64,000 bases of DNA from Octopus vulgaris. Lineage: Eukaryota. Both the position numbers and the translations under genes were made by a program. The DNA lies in assembly GCA_951406725.2 (NCBI GenBank), contig OX597833.1, positions 15,686,001 to 15,750,000 of the forward strand, given 5' to 3'. Every line of letters begins with the position of its first letter. Positions within the stretch are counted from its first letter, which is position 1. The notes beneath the pieces were generated by a model that did not search any database, had not been told where the DNA came from, and saw only the letters and a list, made by a program, of their open reading frames with translations. This document shows, in pieces, positions 25,978 through 39,799 of the stretch.

Positions 25978-25978
<1 letters not shown>
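25774..25978. repeat. Fold-back element with ~84-bp arms and ~37-bp spacer, inside (TA)n
   Basis: gtttaagagatagaaacaccctca..ggactaaatatt versus aatatttagtcc..tgagggtgattctgtctcttaaac. Confidence 0.9.
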
Positions 25979-26023
<45 letters not shown>

Positions 26024-26439
26024 ATGCAGTGCGTAATTCATTTTAGTACCACTAAATTGAACTTCTCTCCCCTGTGGACTCGGAAATAACTTCCCTAATA
26101 TTACTATTAATTATATATATAAGCATGATATAGATTCTTTTATGTGCTGCTTTTAGTTTCAGGTGCTGGGAGCGTGCCAGACAGTAATTTGTATGACGTC
26201 TGGTATCCTAGCACAGTCACTAAGCACTGCCCACATAGCATTACGAAGCAAAACGATAGAATGAGAGAAAAAGAGAGAAAGAAGTTGATATATAAGGTGG
26301 AAATTTGAAAAAGTTGAAAAAGAACAAGAAAATAGAAGGAAGCAGAAAGTGGAGAATGAGATATAATTCCCCTTAAACCATTCTTAGGGCTAAAAGATTG
26401 CTTAGAGCCTGTAGTACAGTTTTCAATCCAGAAGTGGTG

Positions 26440-26870
26440 GTACTTTCCAGTTAGTCAACAGGAACTTAGCCATATGTTTAAAAGCGCTGAATATTTCGTA
26501 TCTGGAATTCAGCAGTTTGTTAGAGTTCTTTGATGTGGAAAGTATCTGCGTTCTTTCAGCTATGCATAAATTACATGTTTTTGATCCGTTAAATCAATTT
26601 TCCGACTACTTTTTACTCTATCGTATGTGATGTTGTGCTCGATTTTAAATCCCACACGTGGCTAACCAACTTAAGTAGCTTTACGTTTGTCCCTGTGTCC
26701 GAAAGAAGATATGTGGTTAGCATAGCAATTTTTGAATTCTCCTTCACATAATCCGATATAGCTCTTATTATTTGTACTGCTATTATCTAGTATTGCTGTA
26801 ATTTCTATCGCATGTATGGCAGATGTAGTTATACATCCGTGGCCGAGTTCGCCATGAAGATATATATCAA
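26440..26870 (-). mobile_element. Penelope-like element GIY-YIG endonuclease remnant
   Basis: KSYIGLCEGEFKNCYANHISSFGHRDKRKAT, then frameshifted LVSHVWDLK and NGSKTCNLCIAERTQI..LLNSRYEIFSAFKHMAKFLL. Confidence 0.8.
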
Positions 26871-26993
26871 TGAAGATAACCATTTTCTATACCATGCTTG
26901 TATTAATGGCAAAAAATTATACGGAATAATATTCCTTATCGGGTAGAATGAATAGTCCTCTATACCACCGTGACCGTAATCGAGGCAAATTTT

Positions 26994-27027
<34 letters not shown>

Positions 27028-27092
27028 TGTATGTATGTATGTATGTATGTATGTATGTATGTATGTACGTAAGTATGTATGCATGTACGTAT

Positions 27093-27920
27093 GTCAATAT
27101 TCAGTTTTATTTCGAGTTTTCCTGCCATTAGATTTCATTGGAATTTCAGCAATATAAATAGAGTATTGTTGTATGTTGTATATGTGCAGATTGGTATATT
27201 TTGTTTTATATATATATTCTCCTGCATATAGTAACATGTCTAGACATGCTCATATATATTTAAATGATAAACTTCTGGAAAGCTTTACAGATTTTTACAG
27301 TTCCAGTGATGGCTTGGATCTGTAGTCATCGAATCAGTTTTGCCCATTCTACTTTGGTTTTCAGAAGTCTAATTTTTCACGATTGGTATTTAGGTAGTAT
27401 TTAGGTATATAAGGCGGCGAGCTGGCAGAATCGTTAGCACGCCGGTCGAAATGCTTAGTGGTATTTCGTCTGCCGCTGCATTTTGAGTTCAAATTCCGCC
27501 GAGGTCGACTTTGCCTTTCACACTTTCGGGGTCGATTAAATAAGTACCAGTTACGCACTGGGGTCGATGTAATTGACTTAATCCGTTTGTCTGTCCTTGT
27601 TTGTCCTCTCTGTGTTTAGCCCCTTGTGGGTAGCAAGGAAATAGGTATTTCGTCTGCCTTTACATTTTGAGTTCAAATTCCGCCGAGGTCGACTTTGCCT
27701 TTCATCCTTCCGGGATCGATTAAATAAGTACCAGTTACGCAGTGGAGTCGATATAATCGACTTAATCTGTTTGTCTGTCCTTGTTTTTCCCCTCTGTGTG
27801 TAGCCCCTTCTGCGCAGTAAAGAAATATATATTTAGGTAGTGTTTTACGTATCCCAGTGATCCAACATTTACAAGTATAACCCTGAACTTGTAATCAGGA
27901 TAGAGCAATAACAGATTTCT
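27093..27920 (-). mobile_element. 3' end of RLE-type non-LTR retrotransposon (R4/Dong/NeSL-like), split by SINE A dimer
   Basis: RNLLLLYPDYKFRVILVNVGSLGYVKHYL / NTNREKLDF..LQIQAITGTVKICKAFQKFII*; aataaa near the 3' end; (TATG)n on both flanks. Confidence 0.65.
27413..27826 (+). mobile_element. SINE A dimer
   Basis: Head plus two units; TSD tatttaggtagt. Confidence 0.9.
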
Positions 27921-28349
27921 GTATGAGTATGTATGTGTGTATGTCGTACGTATGTATGTATGCATTTAAGAATATAAGCATGCTTGCATACAGCGAGTTT
28001 CCACATTGATCTTTTCTACCACATTCACTCATAAGTCATCAGTTAATCTTGAGCTGGACTATAAGACGTTTACCGAAGTTGTTATCAAGTGGTTGTAAAT
28101 TGCGCCTTTAACCTACTCAGTCATGTTCATGCCTTTTGAATAATATTCAACACTTCTGTAGTCAACGAAGCTTTCTCATGATTTTGAGATTTATGGTGAA
28201 CTTCAGTAGACATTTACAATACGTCGGATGTTTTCATGTAACTTTAGTAAATATATATAATTAAATATGAAACTTTAAACGATATCAGAAAATTTAGATA
28301 TTGAAATTTTGACGGTTGTATGGCAATGAAAGACTGTGTAATTGAAATA

Positions 28350-29482
28350 CAGTAATCCCCCCCACCATATCGCGGTTGGCCTATTGCGCACTCAGTACAT
28401 CGCGGTTCACTTATCACGTACTCAGTACATCGCAGATTTTTCTGGCTAATATATATCAATTTATATCGCGCACTCCTCGGTATATCGCGGGTTTCTGCGG
28501 CCGATAATTATTTATATTTTTTAGACTTTAAATATTTCTGTGTTAAAATATACATTTTCACGCCTAAAAATTAATATGATAATAAATAAAAGTAGACTAT
28601 AGTACTGTACTGTATAATACATTAATTAAGAAATATATTAACAGAAAATACGTACAAAGAATCGCAAATACTGTATGGAAAACGAAGCTCGGTAGGCGAG
28701 TGTGTGGCATTGTTTTGCATTTATGATAAAATAAATATATTCAAATCATTAAAAAATATATATATACAATACAGTAATGTTTCTTATTTTTTTATTGCCC
28801 ACAAGGGGCTAAACATAGAAGGGACAATCAAGGACAGACAAATGGGTTTAAGTCGATTATATCGACCCCAGTTTGTAACTGGTACTTAATTTATCGACCC
28901 TGAAAGGATGAAAGGCAAAGTCGATCTCGGCGGAATTTGAACTCAGAATGTAAAGACAGAGGAAATACCCATTTCTTTACTACCCACAAAGGGCTAAACA
29001 CAGAGGAGACAAATAAGGACAGACAAATGGATTAAGTCGATTATATCGACCCTAGTGCGTAACTGGTACCTATTTAATCGACCCCGAAAGGATGAAAGGC
29101 AAAGTTAGCCTCGTGCGGAATTTGAACTCAGAACGTAACGGCAGACGAAATACCTATTTCGTTACTACCAGCAAGGGGCTAAACACAGAGACGATAAACA
29201 AGGACAGACAAACGGATTAAGTCGATTACATCGACCCCAGTGCGTAACTGCTACTTATTTAATCGACCCCGAAAGGATGAAAGGCAAAGTTAGTCTCGTG
29301 CGGAATTTGAACTCAGAACGTAACGGCAGACGAAATACCGCAAAGCATTTCGCTCGGCGTGCTAACGTTTCTACCAGCTTGCTGCCTTCTATATACAATA
29401 CAGTACTGTTTCTACTTCGCGGATTTTCCCCTATCGCGGGAGGTCTTGGTACGTAACAGGTGTAATAATCGACGGGTTACTG
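28350..29482. mobile_element. Tigger/pogo-like non-autonomous DNA transposon
   Basis: TA|cagtaatccc ... gggttactg|TA; subterminal atcgcgg repeats at both ends. Confidence 0.75.
28780..29386 (-). mobile_element. SINE A trimer nested in the Tigger-like element
   Basis: Three units and one head; TSD tatatacaatacagta on both sides. Confidence 0.9.
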
Positions 29483-29939
29483 TATTATAAAGTATAATGT
29501 TGATGATGATAATAATGACGACGATGGAGCAGACTGTTTATTTTCGTGAAATTCGATTGAAGCCATAAATTGAGTCTAGTGAGATTAGAGCAGGAAACGC
29601 GTTATCGGCTTCACAAAAGAATGGAAATAAGTCGTCTTCACTAAATATTCCACATGATTTTACATCGAGACAATAAAATGCCGAATGTATAGAAGAAGAT
29701 CAATACATTCGTATCAAGTTACAGACGACATCGCAATGAACCTGTAGAAACTTATGACCGTTAAAATGACCGAAGTTATTATTTATGACGACGGTAGAAG
29801 CACAAGAGACAGCTGCAGAAAAATATGAAATAACATTGTCGTTCGTTAGACGTAAATGTCTGCACGCATTATGATAACTTGTTGCCATGTGATTGATGTA
29901 ATATGTGGCTAGGAATACATTACTTACCTCAGTCAAAAT

Positions 29940-30334
<395 letters not shown>

Positions 30335-30516
30335 TTTACTTTTGTCTCATTTATATCGCAATTATTATATTATAGTGACCTCCATTGTAGATTTACACTC
30401 GGCGTAGAAATATTTTGTCATAGGTCTTTGTTTAAATAAAAATGGTGATTTTCCGTTGTTGATAATCACTATCTCTTCACCGATAGACAAGCATATACAC
30501 AAACGCACGCAAGCAT

Positions 30517-30565
<49 letters not shown>

Positions 30566-30929
30566 AACATACATTTATGCCCATGTCAAGAAGTGATTAA
30601 AGGACATACATAAATGCATACATACATGCATACACACACATATACATAACATATATGTAGTTTAATGCTTCGTGATGGTAATATCAACGGAAAACGTACT
30701 CCAACTAGTGAGAGATGAATATCATTTAACAAGCGGTGTATATATTTTTATGACCTCCTAACAGTTTCGGGCGATGACATATAACTCAGATAATATTCTA
30801 TAACACGTCAGGTATCCTCATACCCGACGATTGCATGAAGACAGTACAAGAGTCACAAAATGCTGGCTGAGTGGATTTTTCATCGCACGAATCTATTAGT
30901 AGCTCATAAAAATATATACTGCGTTTATT

Positions 30930-31337
<408 letters not shown>

Positions 31338-31947
31338 TTCATCAAAAAGTTATCTCCTATATTACATGCTTGAAAGAGAAGTAGAGGAACTACCTACATT
31401 TTTATTATTATGTTTTAATAGTAATGACGATGCACGAAGAGACAACATCTATATTACACTATTACTGCTGTTTCTGAATGCGGCCCTCTTATGTACTTAG
31501 GGGTAAACGAGTACACTGCAACAGTGTGTGATAACAATATAATCGAAACAAACTCCAGAAACCACACGGAACGTAACAGCATTCTTTTAAGAGCCAACTA
31601 TCCAACACTATAACTGAAGCTGTAAACTTTGAACTATCAACACACTAACTGTGGAACTAGCATGAACTTTTCTCTTTATTTGCCTATAAAAAGCATACAT
31701 AAAGGGGGACGAGCAAGGACAGATATGGCAGCACAAGTGGGAACACAAACATAGACGGCTGAATAATATGAAATTATATAATGAAGATGTAATGGCTACT
31801 ACTCGGCCCCACTTCCGAGTCGTAACATTTAAATGTATTTTTATCCGACTTTTACAGAATAGTTATCTAGTAAGTATACAGCTTACAGCTTTAGTATTTC
31901 AAAATTCACCATAGGTGGCAAATGTTCATATTATTTTATTTCTATTT

Positions 31948-32598
31948 GGGGGCGAGCTGGCAGAATCGTTAGCACGCCGGACGGAATGCTTAGCGGTATT
32001 TCGTCTGTCGCAACGTTCTGTGTTCAAATTCCGCCGAGGTCGACTTTGCCTTTCATCCTTTCGAGGTCTATAAATTAAGTACCAGTTACGCACTGGGGTC
32101 GATGTAATCAACTTAATATCTATGTCTGTCCTTGTTTATCCCCTCTATGTTTAGCCTCTTGTGGGTAGTAAAGAAATAGGTATTTCCTCTGTCGCTACGT
32201 TCTGAGTTCAAATTCCGCCGAGGCCGACTTTGCCTTTCATTCTTTCGGGATCGATAAATTAAGTACCAGTTACGCACTGGGATCGATGCAATCGACTTAA
32301 TCCCTTTGTCCGTCCTTGTTTGTCTCCTCTATGTTTAGCCCCCTGTAGGCAATAAAGAAATAGGTATTTCGTGTGTCGCTACGTTCTGAGTTCAAATTCC
32401 GCCGAGGCCGACTTTGCCTTTCATTCTTTCGGGGTCGATAAATAAAGTACCAGTTTCGCACTTTGCCTTTCATCCTTTCGGGGGTCGATAAATTAAGTAC
32501 CAGTTACGCACTGGGGTCGATATAATCGACTTAATCCCTTTGTCTGTCCTTGTTTGTCCCTTCTATGTTTAGCCCCTTGTGGGTAGTAAAAAAAAAAT
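31948..32598 (+). mobile_element. SINE A multimer (3-4 units, one with internal slip)
   Basis: Junctions aagaaata|ggtatttc; partial repeat restarts at actttgcctttcatcc near 32460. Confidence 0.9.
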
Positions 32599-32948
32599 AA
32601 TTTTTATTCCTAATGGGTCTATTTTATCATCGATGCTGGTTTCTAATTTTTCATAATTTTTTCTATCAATTTGAATACATTGTATACCAGGGACTTTAGT
32701 TTTATTTTACTCTCTGATTCTAATAACTGTCCTCATCTCTATTTTCTCTTCAATAGCTGCATTTGTCCAGTAATATGTTTTTAACTTTCGTGTTTCTTGT
32801 GTGTCTTCCTTTGTGCCTACTTGTGTGTAATTGTAATCGATTAGTGAATCTGTACTGTCGGAAATTTTTCGTGTACGTGAAGTGTCTGTGAGAATTTTCT
32901 TGGGGTTACTAGCTGGACTGTATGTATACAGCTATGTATACAGCTATG

Positions 32949-33486
32949 TAAAACTGTATACAGCTATGGTACGACCACACTTGGAATTCGCATCATCAGT
33001 TTGGAACCCCTATCTTGCTCAGAACATTGACCTCCTGGAATCGGTTCAGAGACGTGCAACCAAACGCATACCCTCCATCAGACACCTACCATATTCTGAG
33101 CGCCTTGTTTCCCTGGGCATGGATTCACTGAAGCTCCGGCGTCTGGCGACGGACTTGGTAAACGCCCACAAAGTTGTCAACCACCTCACCAATAACAACA
33201 CTGAACACCTTTTTGATCTCCATGTGTCTAACACACGTGGACATGCCTACAAAGTCGGAAAACAACACAGCTCCCATGACTTTCGGAAACATTTCTTCAC
33301 GCTCAGAGTTGCTGAAGCATGGAATAAACTGCCTGCGTCAGTTGTTGACTGCCATGACACTGCATCCTTTAAGGCCCTCATGCTTTCCGAAATCCGTCGA
33401 AACTACACCTGATTATATATGCACTTTAGATGAGTTGTAGTGCACCTGAGCACTGTACACAATGTTTATTATTATTATTATTATTA
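32949..33486 (+). mobile_element. 5'-truncated CR1-clade LINE: open ORF2 C-terminus, short 3' UTR, (ATT)n tail
   Basis: LYTAMVRPHLEFASSVWNPY..LESVQRRATK..YSERL..L..SLKLRRL..TRGH..FFTLRVAEAWNKLP, the standard post-RT CR1 motifs; stop at 33412. Confidence 0.92.
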
Positions 33487-33677
33487 CATGTTGGTGTATG
33501 CTTGGTTGGGGATTCTGTCCTGTTTGGTGTGTTCATGTTTGTTATTTGCAGTGTAGGCTTTTGAGTTTCCACTTCATATTTTCGTGATCGATGAAATAAC
33601 TACAAGCCGTGCACTCAGGTAAAACTTGCGTGCGCTAAGCAAAACGCGGCAGGGGAAATATTTTTAAACATGTGGAC

Positions 33678-34062
33678 GGAAGCACTCTGTCGGTTACGAC
33701 GACGAGGGTTCCGGTTGATCCGAATCAACGGAACAGCCTGCTCGTGAAATTAAAGTGTAAGTGGCTGAGCACTCCACAGACACGTGTACCCTTAACGTAG
33801 TTCTCGGGGATATTCAGCGTGACACAGAGAGTGACAAGGCCGGCCCTTTGAAATACAGGTACAACAGAAACAGGAAGTAAGAGTGATTGAAAGTTGTGGT
33901 GAAAGAGTACAGCAGGGATCACCACCATCCCCTGCCGGAGCCTCGTGAAGCTTTTAGGTGTTTTCGCTCAATAAACACTCACAACGCCCGGTCTGGGAAT
34001 CGAAACCGCGATCCTATGACCGCGAGTCCGCTGCCCTAACCACTGGACCATTGCGCCTCCAC
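33678..34062 (-). mobile_element. SINE B
   Basis: TSD ttttaaacatgt. Confidence 0.9.
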
Positions 34063-34419
34063 TTTTAAACATGTATACTTATATAATCTAACTTTTCAAC
34101 GTCCTTGTAGTAATAGAGAAAGAATAATGCTGAGCATGCGCACAAGTACTAAACTATGCAGAATTAGTTTTGAAAATATTGACATATTATTATTAAAGAC
34201 ACTTTGCATAAATCCTGGAAATTTCTCGAATTTGCTTTTAGTAGTAAACTATTGTGATTCCATAACTCTCAGTGAAAGGATTTTTAAACATGTTCCTGGA
34301 ATTATTTTTCTCTTCTGTACTTCATATATAATTCTGCATGGAATTAGGCAAGCTTATGCAATGTTCATGTTTCATGCTATTTTCGTAGTAACTGTATCCA
34401 TCGATTACAGATGTACGTG

Positions 34420-35030
34420 TAAGTATGCTTATCAAATATTTCTTCCAATGCCACCGAGAATGCTATTTTATTTGCATAAAATGGAAAATATTCCAACAGC
34501 GTCGCTCAAATGACGTTGGCTTCAACTTCAAAATTCACCCAATGCCTATACCCTGAGCCCTCCGTCCCTACAATGATCATGCCCATGTCTCATCACAAGA
34601 CCAAAGAGGAATTATTTCACCTCAAACATGCCTGTTTTCTATAACATCATGCCAAGACTAAAGGAAATAAAAAGATCTCAACATTCCAACGGTTCTTGAA
34701 TGGATTACTCCAAGTGTTAAGCCGACTGATAAGGTCCGGTTTCCCGGTTTCATGGCATATATATTCCCAACCTGGACGGGACGCCGGCCCGTCGTAGGAT
34801 TATTTATTTTTGCCAACCGAATACATAGAATCAATGTAAAATAAAATAGTTTACACAAGAACACAATGTGTTACCCGGTCCTGGAATCGAAACCACAATC
34901 TTACGATCATGCGTCTAACACCCTAACCACTTAGCTACACGCCTCCACAACTTCAGTAAGAGATGAAACCACATCGGTATACCTGCAGATTGGCTCTCTT
35001 TATATAACTACCCACTGTTCTGAATGGATC
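34420..35030 (+). mobile_element. Highly decayed LINE ORF2 C-terminus (CR1/L2-like), split by SINE D
   Basis: DVGFNFKIHP..ALRP..RNYFTS..FYNIMP..FQRFLNGLLQ across frameshifts; weak recognition. Confidence 0.35.
34725..34948 (-). mobile_element. SINE with D head and tail X
   Basis: Head ggaggcgtgtagctaagtggttagggtg..ggtttcgattccaggaccgg; tail shares aaaccgggaaaccgg. Confidence 0.75.
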
Positions 35031-35113
35031 CAGATATTGTTGGGGTTCTTTGACAAGTAAAGCTACCTCCTGAAAAACTACTGATCTTTTCCTCAAGGGT
35101 CTCCAATGTTGGT

Positions 35114-35498
35114 GTGGAGGCGCAATGGCCCAGTGGTTAGGGCAGCGGACTCGCGGTCATAGGATCGCGGTTTCGATTCCCAGACCGGGCGTTGTGAGTG
35201 TTTATTGAGCGAAAACACCTAAAAGCTCCACGAGGCTCCGGCAGGGGATGGTGGTGATCCCTGCTCTACTCTTTCACCACAACTTTCTCTCACTCTTACT
35301 TCCTGTTTCTGTTGTACCTGTATTTCAAGGGGCCGGCCTTGTCACTCTCTGTGTCACGCTGAATATCCCCGAGATCTACGTTACGGGTGCACGGGTCTGT
35401 GGAGTGCTCAGCCACTTACACGTTAATTTCACGAGCAGGCTGTTCCGTTGATTCGGATCAACCGGAACCCTCATCGTCGTAACCGACGGAGTGCTTCC
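35114..35498 (+). mobile_element. SINE B
   Basis: TSD ccaatgttggt. Confidence 0.9.
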
Positions 35499-36157
35499 AC
35501 CAATGTTGGTATGATGGGGCAAATGGCAGAAGGCACATAATCCAGGATATGATAGATCACTAGAATATCGAAGGCATAATGCAACCCGCGAACCGAGCTT
35601 CGTTAACCTTGGGAAGACAGTTCTCAAGCTTTCTGCTGCTTGTGCAGATGGCAAGTTTGTATTTAAAGCACTAACAAAAGGGAAGCTCAAAGCTTTTGAA
35701 TTACTAAGCCAATGTTAAGACAGTGTTTTATATAAATTAAAGTTTTCTATCATTTTCATTCTGTTCAACACAAGGGATCTTAATTTCGACAGTTCCAAAA
35801 TTGTTCATGCTTATGAGATGAAATGCGGAAAGTTTTAATGGATGCACTTACCATCAGTAACTGATGCCGTGGGAGACAAACCCTTCATTTGTGCTCTTCG
35901 TATCGGTAATTGCACGCGATTGTTTCTCACGCGTCATTGTCCCTGAGGTTCAGAAACAAATTTCTGTTTTCTGTGTATACGTTGCACAAACCAGAATGGA
36001 AAGTTTGAAATTGCCCATCACTACACAATCTTACAAATATGCAAACCCATACAAGCATACACACACACGAGCAGACACACTTGCTTAAACTGAAATGCAT
36101 AAATACATATGTACATATACATACACACGCGGAAAAACACACATGACAAAAGTAACG

Positions 36158-36244
<87 letters not shown>

Positions 36245-36250
<6 letters not shown>

Positions 36251-36530
36251 TAACAATAATTAAGGGTTTAGCAACACGTTGCTTGACCACATACAGAAAA
36301 TTTTAGAAATAGCAGCCAAAAGATTGCTATTTATTTTGTCTTAAAAATATGTCTCCACAGATATATGTGGAGTCATATTTTGTAGAAAAAAGAAATAGCA
36401 ACCTTTCGGCTGCTATTTCTAAATTTTTGTAAAATATTTTACCGAATATGGTTCTTTTCCATACCCAAAACTACTTTGTAAAATTTGTTAATTTTATTAA
36501 ATTAATAATTTTTTACACTATATCATTCAT
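36245..36530. repeat. Inverted pair of the 566-760 family forming a ~135-bp fold-back
   Basis: tttagaaatagcagccaaaagattgctattt / aaatagcaacctttcggctgctatttctaaa; inner aaaatatgtctccaca / tgtggagtcatatttt. Confidence 0.8.
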
Positions 36531-36531
36531 G

Positions 36532-36577
<46 letters not shown>

Positions 36578-36804
36578 CACAAGCACACAAAAGTATACAT
36601 ATATGTAAAACATATACAGAGAATTCATAGGTGTCGTGCATACAAATCTCTATCCTGAAACGCCTGCGTAAAGTGTAAAAGCCTAGAATCTGTACATAGT
36701 CATACGTATATATGTAAAGATATATATTCATTTGCATATGCGCACACATATACACACATATGTATATAATGTACGCATTTGATGAATCTGTATATATATA
36801 TATG

Positions 36805-37015
36805 TATGTGTGTTTGTGCCATCACCATCGCTTGACAACCGATGTCGGCGTGCTTACGTCCCCGTAACATTAGCTATTCTGCAAAAGATACCGACACAAT
36901 GACTACTAGACTTACAAAGAATAAGTCCTGGGGTCGATTTGTTCGAACTAAAGGCGGTGCTCTAGCATGGCCGCAGTCAATTGACTGAAAGAGATAAGAG
37001 AATAAACGAATAAAG
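36805..37015 (+). mobile_element. SINE C, 3' half
   Basis: catcgcttgacaaccgatg..ggcggtgctctagcatggccgcagtc. Confidence 0.8.
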
Positions 37016-37079
37016 AATATATGTGTGTGAATAACTGTGTACGTATATACATACAAATACATATATAAGTATACATGTT

Positions 37080-37627
37080 TTTTTTTTTATGCGCCCTTTT
37101 AAAGCCTAGCCAGGCTCATGGGCCCGGTTTCCCGGTTTCTGTGGCGTGTGTGTTCCCCCCAGCTGAACGGGACGCCAGTCGATCGTAGCGTTACTCGAGA
37201 CACAGGAAGAAAGAGTGAGAGAAAGTTGGGGCGAAAGAGTACAACAGGGATCGCCACCACCCCCTGCCTGAGCCTGGTGAGCTTTAGGTGTTTTCGCTCA
37301 ATAAACACACACAACACTTGGTCTGGGAATCGAAATCGCGATCCTCCGTCGGCGAGACCGCTGCCCTAATCAGTGTGCCACTGCACCCTTTTAAAGCCTA
37401 GCCAGGCTTATGGGCCTTGTTTCCCGGTTTCAATGGCGTATGTGTTTCCTAGCTGGACGGGATGCCAGTCCATCGCAGCGTTACTCATTTTTGCCAGCTG
37501 ACTGGACTGGAGCAACGTGAAATAAAGTGTTTTGCTCAAGAACACAACGCGTCGCCCGGTCCAGGAATCGAAACCACAATCTTACGATCATGATGCCGAC
37601 ACCCGAACCACTATGTCACTCGCCCCC
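37080..37627 (-). mobile_element. Head-to-tail SINE pair: D head+tail X (37385-37627) then B head+tail X (37090-37385)
   Basis: ccttttaaagcctagccaggct occurs at ~37095 and ~37387. Confidence 0.85.
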
Positions 37628-37660
37628 ACATAAGATTACATATATACATATATATAAGTG

Positions 37661-37718
<58 letters not shown>

Positions 37719-38304
37719 GTGTGTGTGTGTGTGTAATATGAACATGTATATGCATGCATGCATATTTGTGCATTTTTTAGGTGTGCATACGAGTCTGTCC
37801 GATTAACTATTCTTTATAACATTGCAAATGCAATGATGGCGACGGTACAAAAAACGATAAATCATTCCCTACATGAAAACACCATTAACGCGTGCGTAAC
37901 TTTACCAGCGCTGCATCAATATCCGTATGAATTACGAGAGTCTTCTCTCTCACACCGTGTGTAGATATACGAATGTAGGTGTGCGTACGTATGTGTGAGT
38001 TCGTGTGTCTCTGTGTGTGTGTGTATTTGTGTGCGGCTGTGTAATTTATATATATACATACATGTACGTATGTGCTTGTGCGTATGTTTCTGTGTCTGTG
38101 TTTGTCCCCACACCATTGCTCGATGTCCAAGCTTTCATCGGGCTCCCTCTCTCTCTATATATAGTTACTTAAACTGGAATATATTTCATTTCTATAGAAA
38201 GCCCTTCATTCTATAACCCATAACACTCTTTCTCCTTTGACACTGTCTAAAATTTAGTCTATTTCTAGATAATGATTAGTAAAAGGTAGTTTTCTATCGT
38301 AGTA

Positions 38305-38650
38305 CTTTTTTACTCTTTTACTTGTTTCAGTCATTTGACAGCGGTCATGCTAGAGTACCACCTTTAGTCGAGCAAATCAACCCCAGGATTTATTCTTTGT
38401 AAGTCTAGTATTTATTCTATCGGTCCTTTCCGAACCGCTAAGTTACGGGGACGTAAACACACCAGCATCGGTTGTCAAGCGATGTTGGGAGGACTAACGC
38501 AGACACACAGTTTCCGTCTACCAAATCTACTCACAAGGATTTGGTCGGCCAGAGGTTATAGTAGAAGGCACTTGCCCAACGTGCCACGCAGTAGGACTGA
38601 ACCTGGAACCATGTTGTTGGCAAGCAAACTACTTACCACACAGCCACTTC
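38305..38650 (-). mobile_element. SINE C lacking most of the internal microsatellite
   Basis: Family match. Confidence 0.85.
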
Positions 38651-39381
38651 AGTTTCATAGTAGTTAAGTTATAGATCTTAAAATCTTAGAACCGCTTATA
38701 ATACGAATGCTGATGAATTTCTGTTTAAAAGAGTTATTATTTCAAGAACCAGAAACGAAAATTTCATTAAATAAAATGATGGTGGTAATTTTCATTCACA
38801 CAGGAGTAAAAATAATTAGTTACATCGATCTAGGGTAAAACATTACACTCCCTCATTGCCTTGAGCTAAACAAGTAATCAACTGCCAAATTACATTGATG
38901 CAGATGGAAGAACTTATCCAAAAGGAAAAAATAATACCGAACCGTGTCTCTTCAAACATAAGTACACATGCTTTTAGATAGATGTCTAATTACGTACTTA
39001 AATGAACGTGTCAAGAAATCTTTAGAAATGAATGAAATAACTTTTCTACTCTCAGATGGTATACACATACAATATAGCTGTAGGCGGAATTGTCATTGCA
39101 GAAAGTGTGTTTTTAATATCCCTATCAAGACAGAATAATTGGGTTCTTCTGAATAACATATTTCATGCGGAAATTTCAAATTAAGGTCAATAATATGATC
39201 TGCCCACCTCCCTAGCACTTCAAATAATCAGTGGTCCTTAATGCGTTTGTCATAACGGAAAACTTTTATTATTTAAACGAATCTCATTTCTCCTACTTTT
39301 GTGAAAAAAATAATCGTTTAATTTCATGCCATGGAATATTTTAAAGAAAAAAAATGTTATGTATGTATGTATGTATGTATG

Positions 39382-39435
<54 letters not shown>

Positions 39436-39799
39436 GTAAGTAAGCAACAGGTTACTTAGCCACATACCGAAAATTTAGAAATAGCAGTCAAAAACTGCTT
39501 ATTTCTATACATATAACATATACATGTAAAAAGAAGGAAAAATAGCGAAAACAAAGTCTTCGGTGAGTTACGGACGGTTTTTGGCTGATATTTCTAAATT
39601 TTCCTGCGAGAACAGACTGACTAAACGACCAGAAATGTTAACGTTCGGAGTGAGATGGGGGAGAATGTAGGCGTTAATCGCAGGAACTCTTAAGGTGTCA
39701 TTTCGGAAGCTGTCTGAATATTGTCCTTTCGTGCGTATATAGTCCGTGGAGAGTTTGTTGGATTGTTACGTTGTTACTCTGCTTCGTTATATAGCTTAG

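Noticed and set aside
31445-31827. Solo LTR (also 45460-45830)
   Set aside because: The composition is LTR-like and one end is plausible, but I identified no second copy, TSD or both termini.
32882-33412. Host protein-coding gene
   Set aside because: It is a CR1 ORF2 C-terminal fragment with an (ATT)n tail; the N-terminal part is flank read-through.
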